Shown piece after piece: positions 1 through 10,200 of a DNA stretch of 15,446 nucleotides (position 1 is the stretch's first letter; every line of letters begins with the position of its first letter). Below the pieces are notes generated by a model. The model saw nothing but the letters and a program-made list of their open reading frames with translations, was not told the DNA's origin and searched no databases. The stretch spans positions 1-15,446 of the forward strand of contig JAAOMT010000728.1 of assembly GCA_016748015.1 (NCBI GenBank), written 5' to 3'. Origin of the DNA: Geosiphon pyriformis uo1 (Eukaryota; Fungi; Glomeromycota). A program made the position numbers and the translations under genes.

Positions 1-2347
1 AATTTGCATTGGCTTTAAGAAGCCAATCATTTCCGACTAGAGCTTAGTATTGGGATGTATCCATAACTAGAACTTTGACTGAAATGGTGATTCCATTAAT
101 AGTGAATGGGAAATTGTCAATCTTTCTCACTGGTGTCTTTTTCATGCCATCTGCAGTTACAATTACAGTTTGGGCTGGTTTGTCAACAGTTCTTTAAAGT
201 TGTTGTATTAACTGGTAGGTGATAATACTTCCAGCTGATCCACTGTCTAGAATTAATCAGATGGATTTTCCTTCTACTGTGGCTTTAGTATATATGGCAG
301 TAATAGCTTTTTGTTCATTAGCTGCTGTATTACTAAGCAAGAATGGTGATTCATTTGCTTCAAATTCGAATGGAAATATATTTGAGAGGTTGGCATTTTG
401 GGCAATTTGGGCTGGTAGAATAGTGTTGTTGGAAGAATTTGATCTTGATGCTGCAACTTTACCTTCAGAAAGTGCAGTTTGTTGAAAATCCGATCCTTTA
501 GGCATTGTAAAATAACTGGGTTGAGTGTGATAGTGATTGGGTCTTTGCTGACCAGAATTTTGGGAAACCAACTGGTTATTTGGGTTGATTCTGTTGTTGT
601 TATTCTGAAATTGATTTTGAGATGTGAATTGGTTATGTTGAACCAATTTTCTGGCTGGTACTTAATATTGTTGAGTGAATGGTATTTGATATTGCTGAAT
701 TGGTAAAGGTTGCTAATATTGTTGTTGCATTGGTTGTAGAGCTAGTTGATAGTAACTGTTTTGATTTTGTGGTCTTGGTAAATAATAAGTTGGTGGTGGA
801 GATTGGTAATAAAATTGTTGTAATAAAGAATAACGTTGATTACTCCTGTTTTGTTGGTCTCTTTGCAATTTTCTGCAATCTTGTTTCCAGTGTCCTGGAA
901 TTCCACAATAATGACAATTTTAAGGTTGGTTGTTGGATGGTAATTCAAAGTTGTTTTGGTTGCATCATTGTGGTGGTTGATATCTTTGTGATTGCTGCTG
1001 CTGTTGTTATTAATTGGTGAAATAGTTTTCAACTTTTTTTGTGAGTTGGTCTATTTTCTCTTCAGCTGCTGAGCTGGTTTCTCCAATAGCTAGGTTGACA
1101 AGTTTGGTGTGGTTTGCTTCTTCCATAGCCATTTTATAGTTCTTTATATGTCTAATAGCAGTTGTTAAGTTTTCTGGGGCATATAGACAAACTTTTTTAA
1201 TTAATTTGTCCTTTAATTTTGCTATAAACTGATCCAGAATCTGGGCATCAGAATAGTATTCATTGGTTTCCAATTGCCGAATTCATCAAAAAAGTTTGTT
1301 AAATCTTCCCAGATAAGTCATAACAGTTTTAGATGTTTCTTGTTTGATATTGCAAAACCGATTATAAAGAGTAATAGATGTGTTGTTGTCAGTGAATTGT
1401 TGTAAGAAAGCATCTTTGAATGCTTGCCAGTTTTCAAATGGTTCTTCTAAATTTTCAAACCATTCTTCTGCAGTTTCTTGAAGGAAATATGAGATTGCTT
1501 TGAGCATTCTTGCTGTATTCCAACCATTTAAATCTCCTGCTTTCTGAATTTTATCAAGCCATTCTTGAGGGCTGGTATTATTGTCTTCACCAGTAAATTC
1601 TGAAATTTTTGCAATATAAGCAGTTGCCATTTCTTCTTCGTTTTCTGTGGTTTTTTTTTGTTTTGATTTAGTTTCTTCACTTTCCAAGTTTTCTGAATGA
1701 TTACTTTTGTTTTCTTGTAAGTACTCAATAATATTGGTGCTTGTTGATATAGGTTCTTGCTGTTGAGTAGGATTTCTAGGTGACTGAAAGTCTTCTAGTC
1801 TGGAGAAATGGTTAAGTAGTGAACTTGGTGTTTGTGGTTGAACAAATAAAATTGGAAATGGTGTAATAGTAAGTGGTAATTTAACACTGGTTCTTTGTTC
1901 AGGTGTTTGTAAGTGTTTGGCAGTTGTTTTTGGTAGTATTGGAGTGTTTGGAGTGGTTCTTGAGTATTGTTTCACTTTTTGTTTGCCTTTATTGCTTGTT
2001 TCTGTTTCTGATTCAAAGTCAATAGAGTATTAAGACTGGACTGGATATGTTTCTTCACAATACTTGATAATATTAAAATTGAGTTCCTGAAAGTAGGTGG
2101 CAAGTGTGTTACTGTTAAGATCTTCAGTTCCCAACTGTGAATAGTGCACTAAATTATTGTAAAGGTTGCTTTTCACTTCTGAAATGTTGTAATTTTCAAA
2201 AAGATAATTGTTGATGCAGTTTTCAATATATTGGTATACTGATTTTTTGACAACTTCAATTCCGTCTGGGATGTTGAATCTTTGCTTGCAGTAAGTGTAA
2301 ATTAACTGATAATACTCTAGAATTGCTGTGTCTGGTGTGGTCACCAC
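1..2347 (-). pseudogene. gag: gag-protease polyprotein pseudogene (single frame, many premature stops)
   Basis: ORF pieces 2030-2347, 1286-1975, 1010-1273 and 257-646 are all in one frame. Capsid-like region starts at ATG 1630 (MATAYIAKISEFTGED...QEWL...WFENL...FKDAFLQQF). CX2CX4HX4C (CHYCGIPGHWKQDC) at 875-916. Protease DSG at about 240-248 and ALVGNDWL near the window edge. Confidence 0.92.
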
Positions 2348-2614
2348 TTTGAATTTGTTGTTGCTGTGTTATTTCCATAAAAAAGCACCAAATGTTACTA
2401 GAAGTTTTTAGTTTTTCTTGAATGTTGTAAATGTTGATTTTGCTGTGAATTCACGTTTCTGGGAAGTAGTTGGATCTTCAATAACTGAATTTATCTTCAA
2501 ATTATCTTCTATAATTTGAACTGCTGGGCTTATAAGTAGAATGACCAATTCCTTGCCAGTTACTTTATGTAGTTATGTTGTAGTAAATGTTAACTTTTTC
2601 CCAGAAATTGCTTA

Positions 2615-2629
2615 TCTGGAAGCTCACTA
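2615..2629 (-). promoter_or_regulatory. candidate primer-binding site (decayed TGGCGAGC..., tRNA-Arg-like)
   Basis: Minus strand reads ...ACTACACA-TTT-TAGTGAGCTTCCAGA, identical to copy D at 10730-10744. Reversing one G>A and one C>T gives TGGCGAGC. The restoration is inferred. Confidence 0.5.
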
Positions 2630-2632
2630 AAA

Positions 2633-3357
2633 TGTGTAGTTCTTTTACTTTAAAAGTCAACTCTTCTACAAGAATCTTGTCTGTAGACTACCCTAATGAT
2701 TGTAATAAAAATAAAAGAAAAATAAAAGAAATGTAAAGGAAATAGAATTCTGTTAAGGAAAACGTTTTCTATTCAGGCCTGAAGTTACTAACAGATTACT
2801 GAAATTGGTAGCTAATTAATTTCAAAATGTTAGTTGTGTTGAGAGAATTTCAAGTACAATAATCAAAGGATTTGGGTTTTGAATATTTAATTTTTATTTA
2901 AAATATGTAAAAGGTGATTTGTTTCAATTAAAATATCTAAAGTAGGATACTATAGTAAGATACTATGAGAAGATACATTTTCTTGAAGAGAGAAGCTCTT
3001 CTTTTATACAACTTGTAATACTAGTTTTTGAACTTGTACTTTTCTCTTTGCTACAATTTGGGTAAACTAAAGATATATTTTGGCGAATTTACAAGTTATT
3101 TTACTGAACTATTGATTATTTCGGCAAATTTTCATTAATTTCGGCGAATTTTGACTATGTTAAAAGGTTCAGAGTATTGTGTAATTTGATTATCTTAATT
3201 TCTAAAATACAAATCGGATTATTGATTAAGTAATGATATTTGATAATTTGATTAAATAATAAGTGATAATCGAATTAATAATAATGTATGCTAATTAATA
3301 ATAGGAATTATAAGGGTAATTTCATGCTAATTAATAGCTAAAATTCTACTAGTAACA
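2633..3357 (-). repeat. 5' LTR of copy A (about 725 bp; inner end inferred)
   Basis: TGT...ACA termini; homology to 9984-10725 begins exactly at TGTTAC; TATAAAA at 3008-3002 and AATAAA at 2898-2893 on the minus strand; followed by a PBS-like sequence. Confidence 0.78.
3056..3150 (-). repeat. U3 array: five copies of a 13-bp motif at 20-21 bp spacing
   Basis: Plus-strand units atttgggtaaact (3056), attttggcgaatt (3077), attttactgaact (3098), atttcggcaaatt (3118), atttcggcgaatt (3138). Confidence 0.8.
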
Positions 3358-4925
3358 ATGCTAACCGAAAAAAACTATAGAACATCAGCACTAGAACATT
3401 TAGCAATTTATTGGGCTGTCATGAAATGGAAGGAATATTTAAGCCAGAAATTTGAGATATATACTGATCACAAAGGATTAACTTCAATTCAGAAGCAAAA
3501 ATTTGGAGACAATTGACATGTGAAATAAAAAATAGCACTTTCACTATATACTTTTACAGTACACTATAAAAAGGAAAAAAAAACAGAAATGCTAATGGTT
3601 TGTTGCAAATAAAACAAATCTGAACATTTCAACCCAAAAATATAATAAAAGATGAATACACAAAAATATTAACAACTCCAGTATTATATAAATATTTAAC
3701 AGTTTAAAAAGAAACAAAACAACATAAAATAACAATTAAAATATTTTATCAACCATCAAAATATACTTTACCAAAAAAACAAAAGAAATCCAAATCAACT
3801 AATTAGAGTAATTACAGAATCAGAAAAAGAGACAATATTGTTCAACATGCATTTAGATCCAACAGCAAAACATTTTTATAAAGAAACAACCATGAAAAAA
3901 ATCAAAAAAAATACTATTGGCCATCAATATATTCAGACATCATTCAATATATTCAAAATTGTGATGCTTATTAGAGAAGAAGAGAAATCAGATCCAACAA
4001 ACCATTGAGACCAATCAAAGTGAGACAATTATTTGATCATATTAAGATTGACTTAGTTAGACCATTAACAATAACCAGCAAAGGAAACAGATATATTGCA
4101 GTAACTATGGATTACCTTACTAAGTGGCCAGAAGCCAAAGCCATTTAAAAAACAGATGCAAAATCTGTTGCCAAATTTGTTCATTAAGATCTAATTTGTC
4201 AACACAGATGTCCAAAAAAACTACTATTAAATCAAGGAACTTACTTTGTAAACAAAACACTAGCAGAATTAAGTCAAAGATTTAGAATCAAAAAACCATT
4301 ATTATCACTATACAATCCACAAACAAATAGTTTAATTGAAAAATTTAACAGAACATTGTATGAAGCAATTGCCAAAATCAGCCAAGAAAATCAAAACAAA
4401 TAGGATTTATTTATACTATCAGTATTATTTGCTTATCAGACAATAAAACAAAACACTACACAAACAACACTATTTGAATTAATATATGGTAGAACAGCAA
4501 TATTACCAATAGAAATAGAAGTCAGCACATATCTAACTGAACCAATAACAGAAGACAATTTTCAAAAAACATTGTTGAGAAGAACATATAACTTAATAGA
4601 AACACTAGAAAACAAATAATAAAGCACAGCTAATAATATTCAGAAGTTACAAAAAAAACAATGAAGTGGAAAATTTGACCCCAAATGAGATGAACCATTT
4701 CACATAAAAGAAATTCTAGAAAATAGAGCTTATAAATTAAGATTGAACAACAAAATCTTAACCAAAGCAGCACATGGAGATTAACTGAAATCATATTACA
4801 ATATAGCATTATCATTTACCAGTAATATTTTACAATTGAAAGTAAAGAGAATACTAGTCCAACCAAATAAGATTTCATGAGATTTAGAACCAATCATCAT
4901 CATTGACACAAACATATCAAATTGA
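3358..4925 (+). pseudogene. pol: pol 3' half: RNase H and integrase (HHCC, rve core, GPY/F module)
   Basis: Manual translation: EKNYRTSALEHLAIYWAVMKWKEYL..FEIYTDHKGL (RNase H); MHLDPTAKH (3847-3873)...CDAY (decayed HHCC); IDLVRPL..KGNRYIAVTMDYLTKWPEAKAI; NQGTYF; YNPQTNSLIEKFNRTL; FELIYGRTAILPIE; GKFDPK*DEPFHI...AYKL...HGD*LKSYY; ends LEPIIII...stop 4923-4925. Confidence 0.93.
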
Positions 4926-4949
4926 TTGACCAAAAGAATATATAAAGAC

Positions 4950-5600
4950 ATGATAAACATGATAGAAAATATCAAAAAAATAGAAATTATTAACGAAATT
5001 TACTTGCTAGCACAACAACTCTTTTAATTAATTCAACAACAAAATATAGAAATTACTATCAACTATTCGATACAAAGATACCAAAAAAATACCCCAATAC
5101 AAAGTACAGAGAAAACCAAAAAACACCATCAACAAAATAATTCTAAAAGTAAAATTGGCAATAGAAGAACCAATAAGTGTTATCTCATATCAAGAATTAA
5201 CCAAAAAAACTTGAAAGTAGTGGATACAAGAATTTCTAAAAAACTTTTGTTATTTTCACTTAAAACAATATTTGAATATCTAGAACTTATATATGAATAA
5301 AACAAAGCAATTATTCAATCCAGAAATATTACAACAACTTGAACAATTTGTGAGAAAAAATAATTTAACCACACAAACATGAGCCATCTATTAATTACAA
5401 GTTGGATTTCAAGACTGACCAGAAATCTTACTCAATTCAACAATAGACTCTATTACCATTAACCAAATAGGAAAATAACCAATGCCCAATTTGAGGAATT
5501 ATAAAACAAGATAACACAAGTAATTCTTGAAAAAGAAGTTCAAAAAATACTCAAAGATGGAGAATTAGAATTAAGAGATTTTGACAGAGCTCAATATTAA
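4950..5600 (+). pseudogene. extra ORF (ORF3) between pol and PPT, unknown function; decayed, with an 8-nt frameshifting deletion near 5063
   Basis: Aligns codon-wise with 8766-9428(-), with many synonymous differences (e.g. EIYLLAQQLF, WIQEF..NFCYF, RAIY.LQ..FQD.PEIL, NQIGK.TNAQFEEL, ILEKEVQ). Both copies end in ...RAQY-TAA. Confidence 0.7.
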
Positions 5601-5610
5601 AAGAAGAAAA
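5599..5610 (+). promoter_or_regulatory. polypurine tract of copy B
   Basis: AAAAGAAGAAAA ends 3 nt before the LTR start; same geometry in copy C. Confidence 0.75.
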
Positions 5611-5613
5611 TAA

Positions 5614-6528
5614 TATTACTTATAGAATATAAGAAATATATTAGCATATAAATTAACCAATCAGAAGTAGCTGTAGTAAATATGAAATTCTAAGATTTTT
5701 TTCAAAGAAATTGCAAAATTTTAGGAATTTTAGAATTCTCATACAAAGAATTGCAAAATTCCAGAATTCCAGAATTCTCATACAAAGAATTGCAAAATTC
5801 CAGAATTCCAGAATTCTCCTTAAAAGAATTATAGAATTTTAGATATGAAAAAATGAGAAATTAAGAAATCTTAATTATGTATATATAATAGTAACACTAA
5901 AAGCAAAAAAGACAGACTTTTCAGTTTAGATTTTATCTAAGCAATCTTTAAATTTACAAATATCAATAAATAATTATTTGCTATCTCAATCCACTCTTTA
6001 CTATCAACACTTTATGTTAATAGTACTATATACTTGACTATACTGAAACAATAGCTCTTGATCATAGCTATTGACAAAATACTAACTTAATTGTTTTGGC
6101 TTATTTTTCTTTATTAAACTTTCTTTTCTTTTATTTTTCTCTTTATTGTTGTATACTAATTGTTTAAAGATTAAGTGCTGAGTTACTGACATTAGAATAT
6201 AGCACTGGTAAAAGACCTAGGAATAAAAGTAGACACTCAAATTTGAGGATAGCTTACTAGAAAATTGCTGGCCACCACACCAAGAAAAAAATTAATGGAA
6301 TTGTAATTCTGAGAAGCAACAAACAAAACAAAACAACTTAACTTGAGGGTTAATACTTGAAACATTACTAAAAAAGAATCACATTTGAACTTCTGTTTAT
6401 TATACAAAAAATTCTAACCAAAGCTTTCAGATAACCAAAACCTTCAGATCATAACTATTATATTAGCTATTAGTACTAAGTTACAGGTTTGTTATTTGAT
6501 TTAAAACTCCAAATAATCATCTATAATA
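5614..6528 (+). repeat. 3' LTR of copy B (about 915 bp)
   Basis: Termini TATTAC...ATAATA, read as decayed TGTTAC...GTAACA; homology with copy C stops here (C ends CTGTAACA); TATA-like run at about 5880, AATAAA at about 5965, T-rich tract at about 6100-6150. Confidence 0.83.
5704..5842 (+). repeat. 39-bp tandem repeat (about 3.5 units) built from GAATTC(C/T)A-like subunits, in U3 of the family-2 LTR
   Basis: aaagaattgcaaaattccagaattccagaattctcatac at 5745 with a near-identical unit at 5784; degenerate units at 5704 and 5823; diverged equivalent at about 8545-8685. Confidence 0.88.
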
Positions 6529-7925
6529 TTGCTTACTACAACTCAAGAACCAGAGCTAACCTCCCAACATGCTCAATAAATAGAATGAAAAATGTTATAA
6601 ACAAAATATCTAAAATTACCAAAAACAATACCACCACCAGCCTTAATGAAATGCTTATTAATTTAATAAAGAAGGTACCAGCCAGAAAAGAAAGCAGATT
6701 CCATGAATGCATTAGTGGCTTTATTGTCTAATATACTTGAATGTCTCTTCACTTTATGTCAGCTAACTTTCAAATTTCTATTATAAATAGCACCCACAAT
6801 ATGGTAATGTTTAATCCAATACTGGTTCTGAAAATTCAGACACAACAAACTCAATTCTGATTTATAAGTATTTAAAGCAGCCTAATTGTCTAAGAAGAAA
6901 TAAACCAAACTGGAAGGCAGTATACACTCAAGTGCCAGCATAATAGCTTGCAACTCTGTCATAGTTGAAGACACTAAACCAGAAATTCTAACACCCAAAC
7001 CCAAACCAATATCTTTAAAAAAAGCAGCTGTACCAGTCCTCATATCAATAGTTTCTAAACCACAAAGAAACCCATCCATATAGACAGAGAGAGGACTAGC
7101 ATTAACATTCAACAAATGGTTACAAATGACTTTAAACTCACTAGAATCAAGAATGTTTAACAAACTAGTGTTCTTAAGAAGAAAAAAACTAGCAGAAAAA
7201 AAAGCCAAACTACTGAGAAAACAAACAGAAAGATCGAACTATTCAAAAACAGAGCCATGTGAATCCAATTTCTTCTACTACTTAAATGTTTTCCAATTAA
7301 AAACCATATCATTTCAGTCATAAAGCTGTTTTACAAAAGCTATTCTATACTGTCATAGCAAAGAAACACACTTATAAAATTTCAACACACCAAAAACAAA
7401 AAACATAGAAGTACCACTCCAAAAATAAAAAGCATTAGTTATAAAACTATTCAAAAACAGATTACACTTCAGAAAAATGCAGACTATCCCAGCTAAAAAA
7501 TTGTTCAAAAGATTAACACCCATACAAACTGGAAAGAGCACGAAATAATATGGAGGCCAGTTGAAAACCTGAAAATTATGTAATCTATGAGCAAAAAAAT
7601 GGCCCCAAACTCCAATAAAATTAACAAAACAAACAATAGAAGCCAATTTGTTCTTAGTCTAAATTTGTTTAAAAGATTTTAAATCATTTAAAAAAAAGTG
7701 ATGGAGTGCATTATTAGAAAAATTGGAAAGAAAACCAGATTTAGATTTCAAATTTTTGTGAATCAAAATGTCTTACTTATTATACAAACTAATAGAAATA
7801 AAACTGAATTAAGTCTTATAACTGATAATTAGATGAAGAACTGCTGAAACCAAATACAAAAATTGTTTGTTAGAGACTATCTTCCTCAAAACCAAATTGG
7901 CAAAAAACTGGATATCTGAATATAC
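6529..7925 (-). mobile_element. non-LTR retrotransposon (LINE-like) ORF2 fragment: post-RT thumb/connection plus RNase H; pseudogenised
   Basis: One minus frame across the segment (ORFs 7353-7646 and 6882-7208 are in frame). RNase HI motifs VYMDG (D at about 7075), SSTMTELQAI, FFLDN*AAL, *HKVKRHSSILDNKA (decayed WxKVKGHSG..GN..AD). This is the cellular/LINE type, not the Ty3 type. Confidence 0.85.
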
Positions 7926-8752
7926 TGTTACAGATAATTATTTGCATAATTTGGTGCTAATTTACTCGATGATATTGGTAATATCTGAAGGTTTTGGTAA
8001 TCTGAAAGTTTTAAGTTAGAGTTTTTTGTTTAATGAACAGAAATTAAATGGTGTACAATTCTTTAGTAGTAAGTCTTCCAATTTTTTTCTTTAACTTAGT
8101 GGCCAGTTTATTCTGCCAGTCATGTCTTTCTGGTAAGCTATCCAATTTTCACTTTGTACCTTTCTATTTGGGTCTTTTACCAGACTATCTGTGACATTAA
8201 TAACTCAATACTTAATTTTTAATTAATTAATCAACAACAAAAATAACAAAAAAAAAGAAAATAAAAATAAAAGAAAATAAAAAAATAAGCCAAAATGATA
8301 AATGTTAGTATTCTATCAATAGCTGTAATCAAGAGCTATTGTTCTAGTGTGATTAAGTATTGGCCACTATTAACATAAAGTATTGATAGTGTAGAGTAGA
8401 TTGAGATGGCAAATAATTATTTATTAATATTTGTGAATTAAAAGGTTGCTTAGATAAAATCTAAACTAAAAGGTCTAACTTTTTTACTTCTAATGCTACT
8501 GCTATATATACATATTTGAGGTTTTTCAATTCTTCTATTCTTCCTGTCAGGAATTCTGGAATTTCTAGAATCTTGTAATTTCTCGAAAGAAATTCTGAAA
8601 TTTTGGAATCCTGTGATTTCTTATATAAGAATCCTGTAATTCTTGGAATTCTACAATTCCTCTGAAAAAAATCCTAGAATTCCCTCTTTTATTATGTCTA
8701 TTTCTGATTGGCTAATATATACTACTATAATTTTTATCTTTTATGAGTAATA
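7926..8752 (-). repeat. 3' LTR of copy C (about 827 bp)
   Basis: Minus strand TATTAC...GTAACA; homologous to 5614-6528; LINE coding sequence resumes at 7925. Confidence 0.86.
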
Positions 8753-8755
8753 TTA

Positions 8756-8767
8756 TTCTCTCTTTTT
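8756..8767 (-). promoter_or_regulatory. polypurine tract of copy C
   Basis: Minus strand AAAAAGAGAGAA, 3 nt before the LTR. Confidence 0.75.
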
Positions 8768-9428
8768 AATATTGAGCTCTATTGAAATTCTTGAACTCTT
8801 CTAATTCTCCTTTTTTGATTATTTCTTGAACTTCTTTTTCAAGAATCACTTGTGTTATTTTGGTTTGTAATTTTTCAAATTGGGCATTGGTCATTTTACC
8901 TATTTGATTAGTAGTAACTGTGTTTATTACTGTGTTAAATAGTATTTCTGGTCAGTCTTAAAATTCAGTCTGTAATTAATAGATGGCTCTTGCTTGTATT
9001 GTTAGATTGTTTTTTTTCACAAATTGCTCAAGATGTTATAGTATTGTTGTATTAAATAATTATTTTGTTTTATTTATATATAAATTCTGAATATTCAAAT
9101 ATTGTTCCAAATAGAAATAACAAAAGTTTCTTGGAAATTGTTGTATCCATTAATTCATGTTTTTATTATCATCTCTTAATATGGTACACCTTTTGTTTGT
9201 ATTTTTATTGCTGCTTTTACTTTCATTATTACCTTGTTAATAATGTTTTCTGGTTTTTTTTGTTCTTTGCATTGAGGTCTCTTTTTTGTATTTTTGTATC
9301 AAATGATTTGTTGGTTAATAGTAATTTTCATATTTTGTTGTTGAATCAGTTGGAAGAGTTGTTGTGTCAGTGTGTATATTTTGTTAGTAATTTCTATTTT
9401 TTTGGTATTTTTTTGTTACATATATCAT
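8766..9428 (-). pseudogene. extra ORF (ORF3) of copy C, about 220 codons, unknown function
   Basis: Homolog of 4950-5600. C-terminal part reads HLEQFVKKNNLTIQARAIY*LQTEF*D*PEILFNTVINTVTTNQIGKMTNAQFEKLQTKITQVILEKEVQEIIKKGELEEFKNFNRAQY*. Stops fall at plausible CAA/CGA/TGG sites. Confidence 0.7.
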
Positions 9429-9451
9429 GTCTTATATACTCTTTTGGTTGT

Positions 9452-9983
9452 TTAATTTGATGTGTTTGGTTTAATAATTATAATTGGTTCCAGATTTCAT
9501 GAAATCTTATCTGGTAGACTAGTATTTGTTGTACTTCTAGTTGTGAAATATTATTGGTGAATGATGATATTATAGAGTGATATGGTTTCAGTTGATTACT
9601 ATGTGCTGCTTTGGCTAATATTTTGTTGTCTCATCTTAATTTATAAGCTTTATTTTCTAGAATTTCTTCTATGTGAAATGGTCCATCCTAATTGGGATCA
9701 AATATTTTACTCCTTTGTTTTTCTGCTTTGGTATAATGTAAAAATACTTTGTTTCCAATCCTGAATTCAACTGGTTTATCTAGTAGTTGGTTATTATGTC
9801 TTTCTTTTTGTTTTTCTTGTGACTTTTCAATATTATCAGCTGCTCTTCACTATTTGTTTTCTAGTGTTTCTATTATGTCATATGTTCTTCTCAACAATGG
9901 TTTTTAGAAATTGTCTTCTGTTATTGGTTTAGTTGAATATGTGTTGACTTTTATTTTAACTGGTAATGTTGCTGTTTTACTGT
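9452..9983 (-). pseudogene. pol: integrase C-terminal part (GPY/F module) of copy C
   Basis: Minus strand encodes TATLPV..., EFRIGNKV, FDPN*DGPFHIEEILENKAYKL, LEPIIII; homologous to about 4486-4925. Confidence 0.88.
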
Positions 9984-10200
9984 TGTTACCAAACGAAATT
10001 AGAGATATCATTTAGCATGAAACTATCTTATAATTCCTATCATTAATTAGCATATATTATCATTCAAATTATCACTTATTACATTAACAAAAAAAAAAAA
10101 AATGTCCAAAATTATCATTTAATTAATAACCCAAATTGTACACAACACAAATGTAACCTAATTGTGATATTCAATCATGTAATACCCCAAACTATGTAAC

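Larger units (their letters stand above)
1..3357 (-). mobile_element. Ty3/Gypsy (Metaviridae) LTR retrotransposon, family 1, copy A; 5' part, continues left of the window; decayed
   Basis: Colinear reverse-complement homolog of about 9984-13345. On the minus strand it starts with TGTTAC at 3357, then LTR, leader, gag (capsid, CCHC knuckle) and aspartic protease motif LILDSGSA. Confidence 0.93.
3358..6528 (+). mobile_element. Ty3/Gypsy LTR retrotransposon, family 2, copy B; 3' half, interrupted at 3357/3358 by copy A
   Basis: RNase H then integrase (Ty3/Gypsy order), extra ORF, PPT and 3' LTR. Region about 4486-6528 is homologous to the reverse complement of 7926-9983. Confidence 0.92.
7926..9983 (-). 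mobile_element. Ty3/Gypsy LTR retrotransposon, family 2, copy C; 3' end, interrupted at 9983/9984 by copy D
   Basis: Reverse-complement homolog of about 4486-6528: integrase C-terminus, ORF3, PPT and an LTR ending GTAACA at 7926. Confidence 0.92.

Noticed and set aside
219-1020. Hydrophobic plus-strand ORFs (219-485, 479-706, 679-1020) and their counterparts (12353-12768, 12912-13130) as membrane proteins
   Set aside because: They are antisense shadows of CAA/AAC/CCA-rich gag-protease codons, which give V/L/W-rich text; there is no independent evidence of coding.
4950-5600. ORF3 as a retroviral envelope gene
   Set aside because: Too short, with no signal peptide, transmembrane segment or evident fusion-protein features.
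2633-6528. A and B (or C and D) as two halves of one element
   Set aside because: They are in opposite orientations and their LTRs are unrelated apart from the terminal T(G/A)TTAC.
9065-9764. F/Y/C-rich ORFs 9065-9460 and 9582-9764 (and 4630-4815 on minus) as an antisense gene
   Set aside because: They are reverse complements of A-rich ORF3 and integrase; synonymous-change patterns support the opposite strand.
10089-10102. A14 run as the poly(A) tail of a retroposed insert
   Set aside because: No TSD or upstream insert body; flanks stay colinear with the LTR of copy A, so slippage expansion is more likely.
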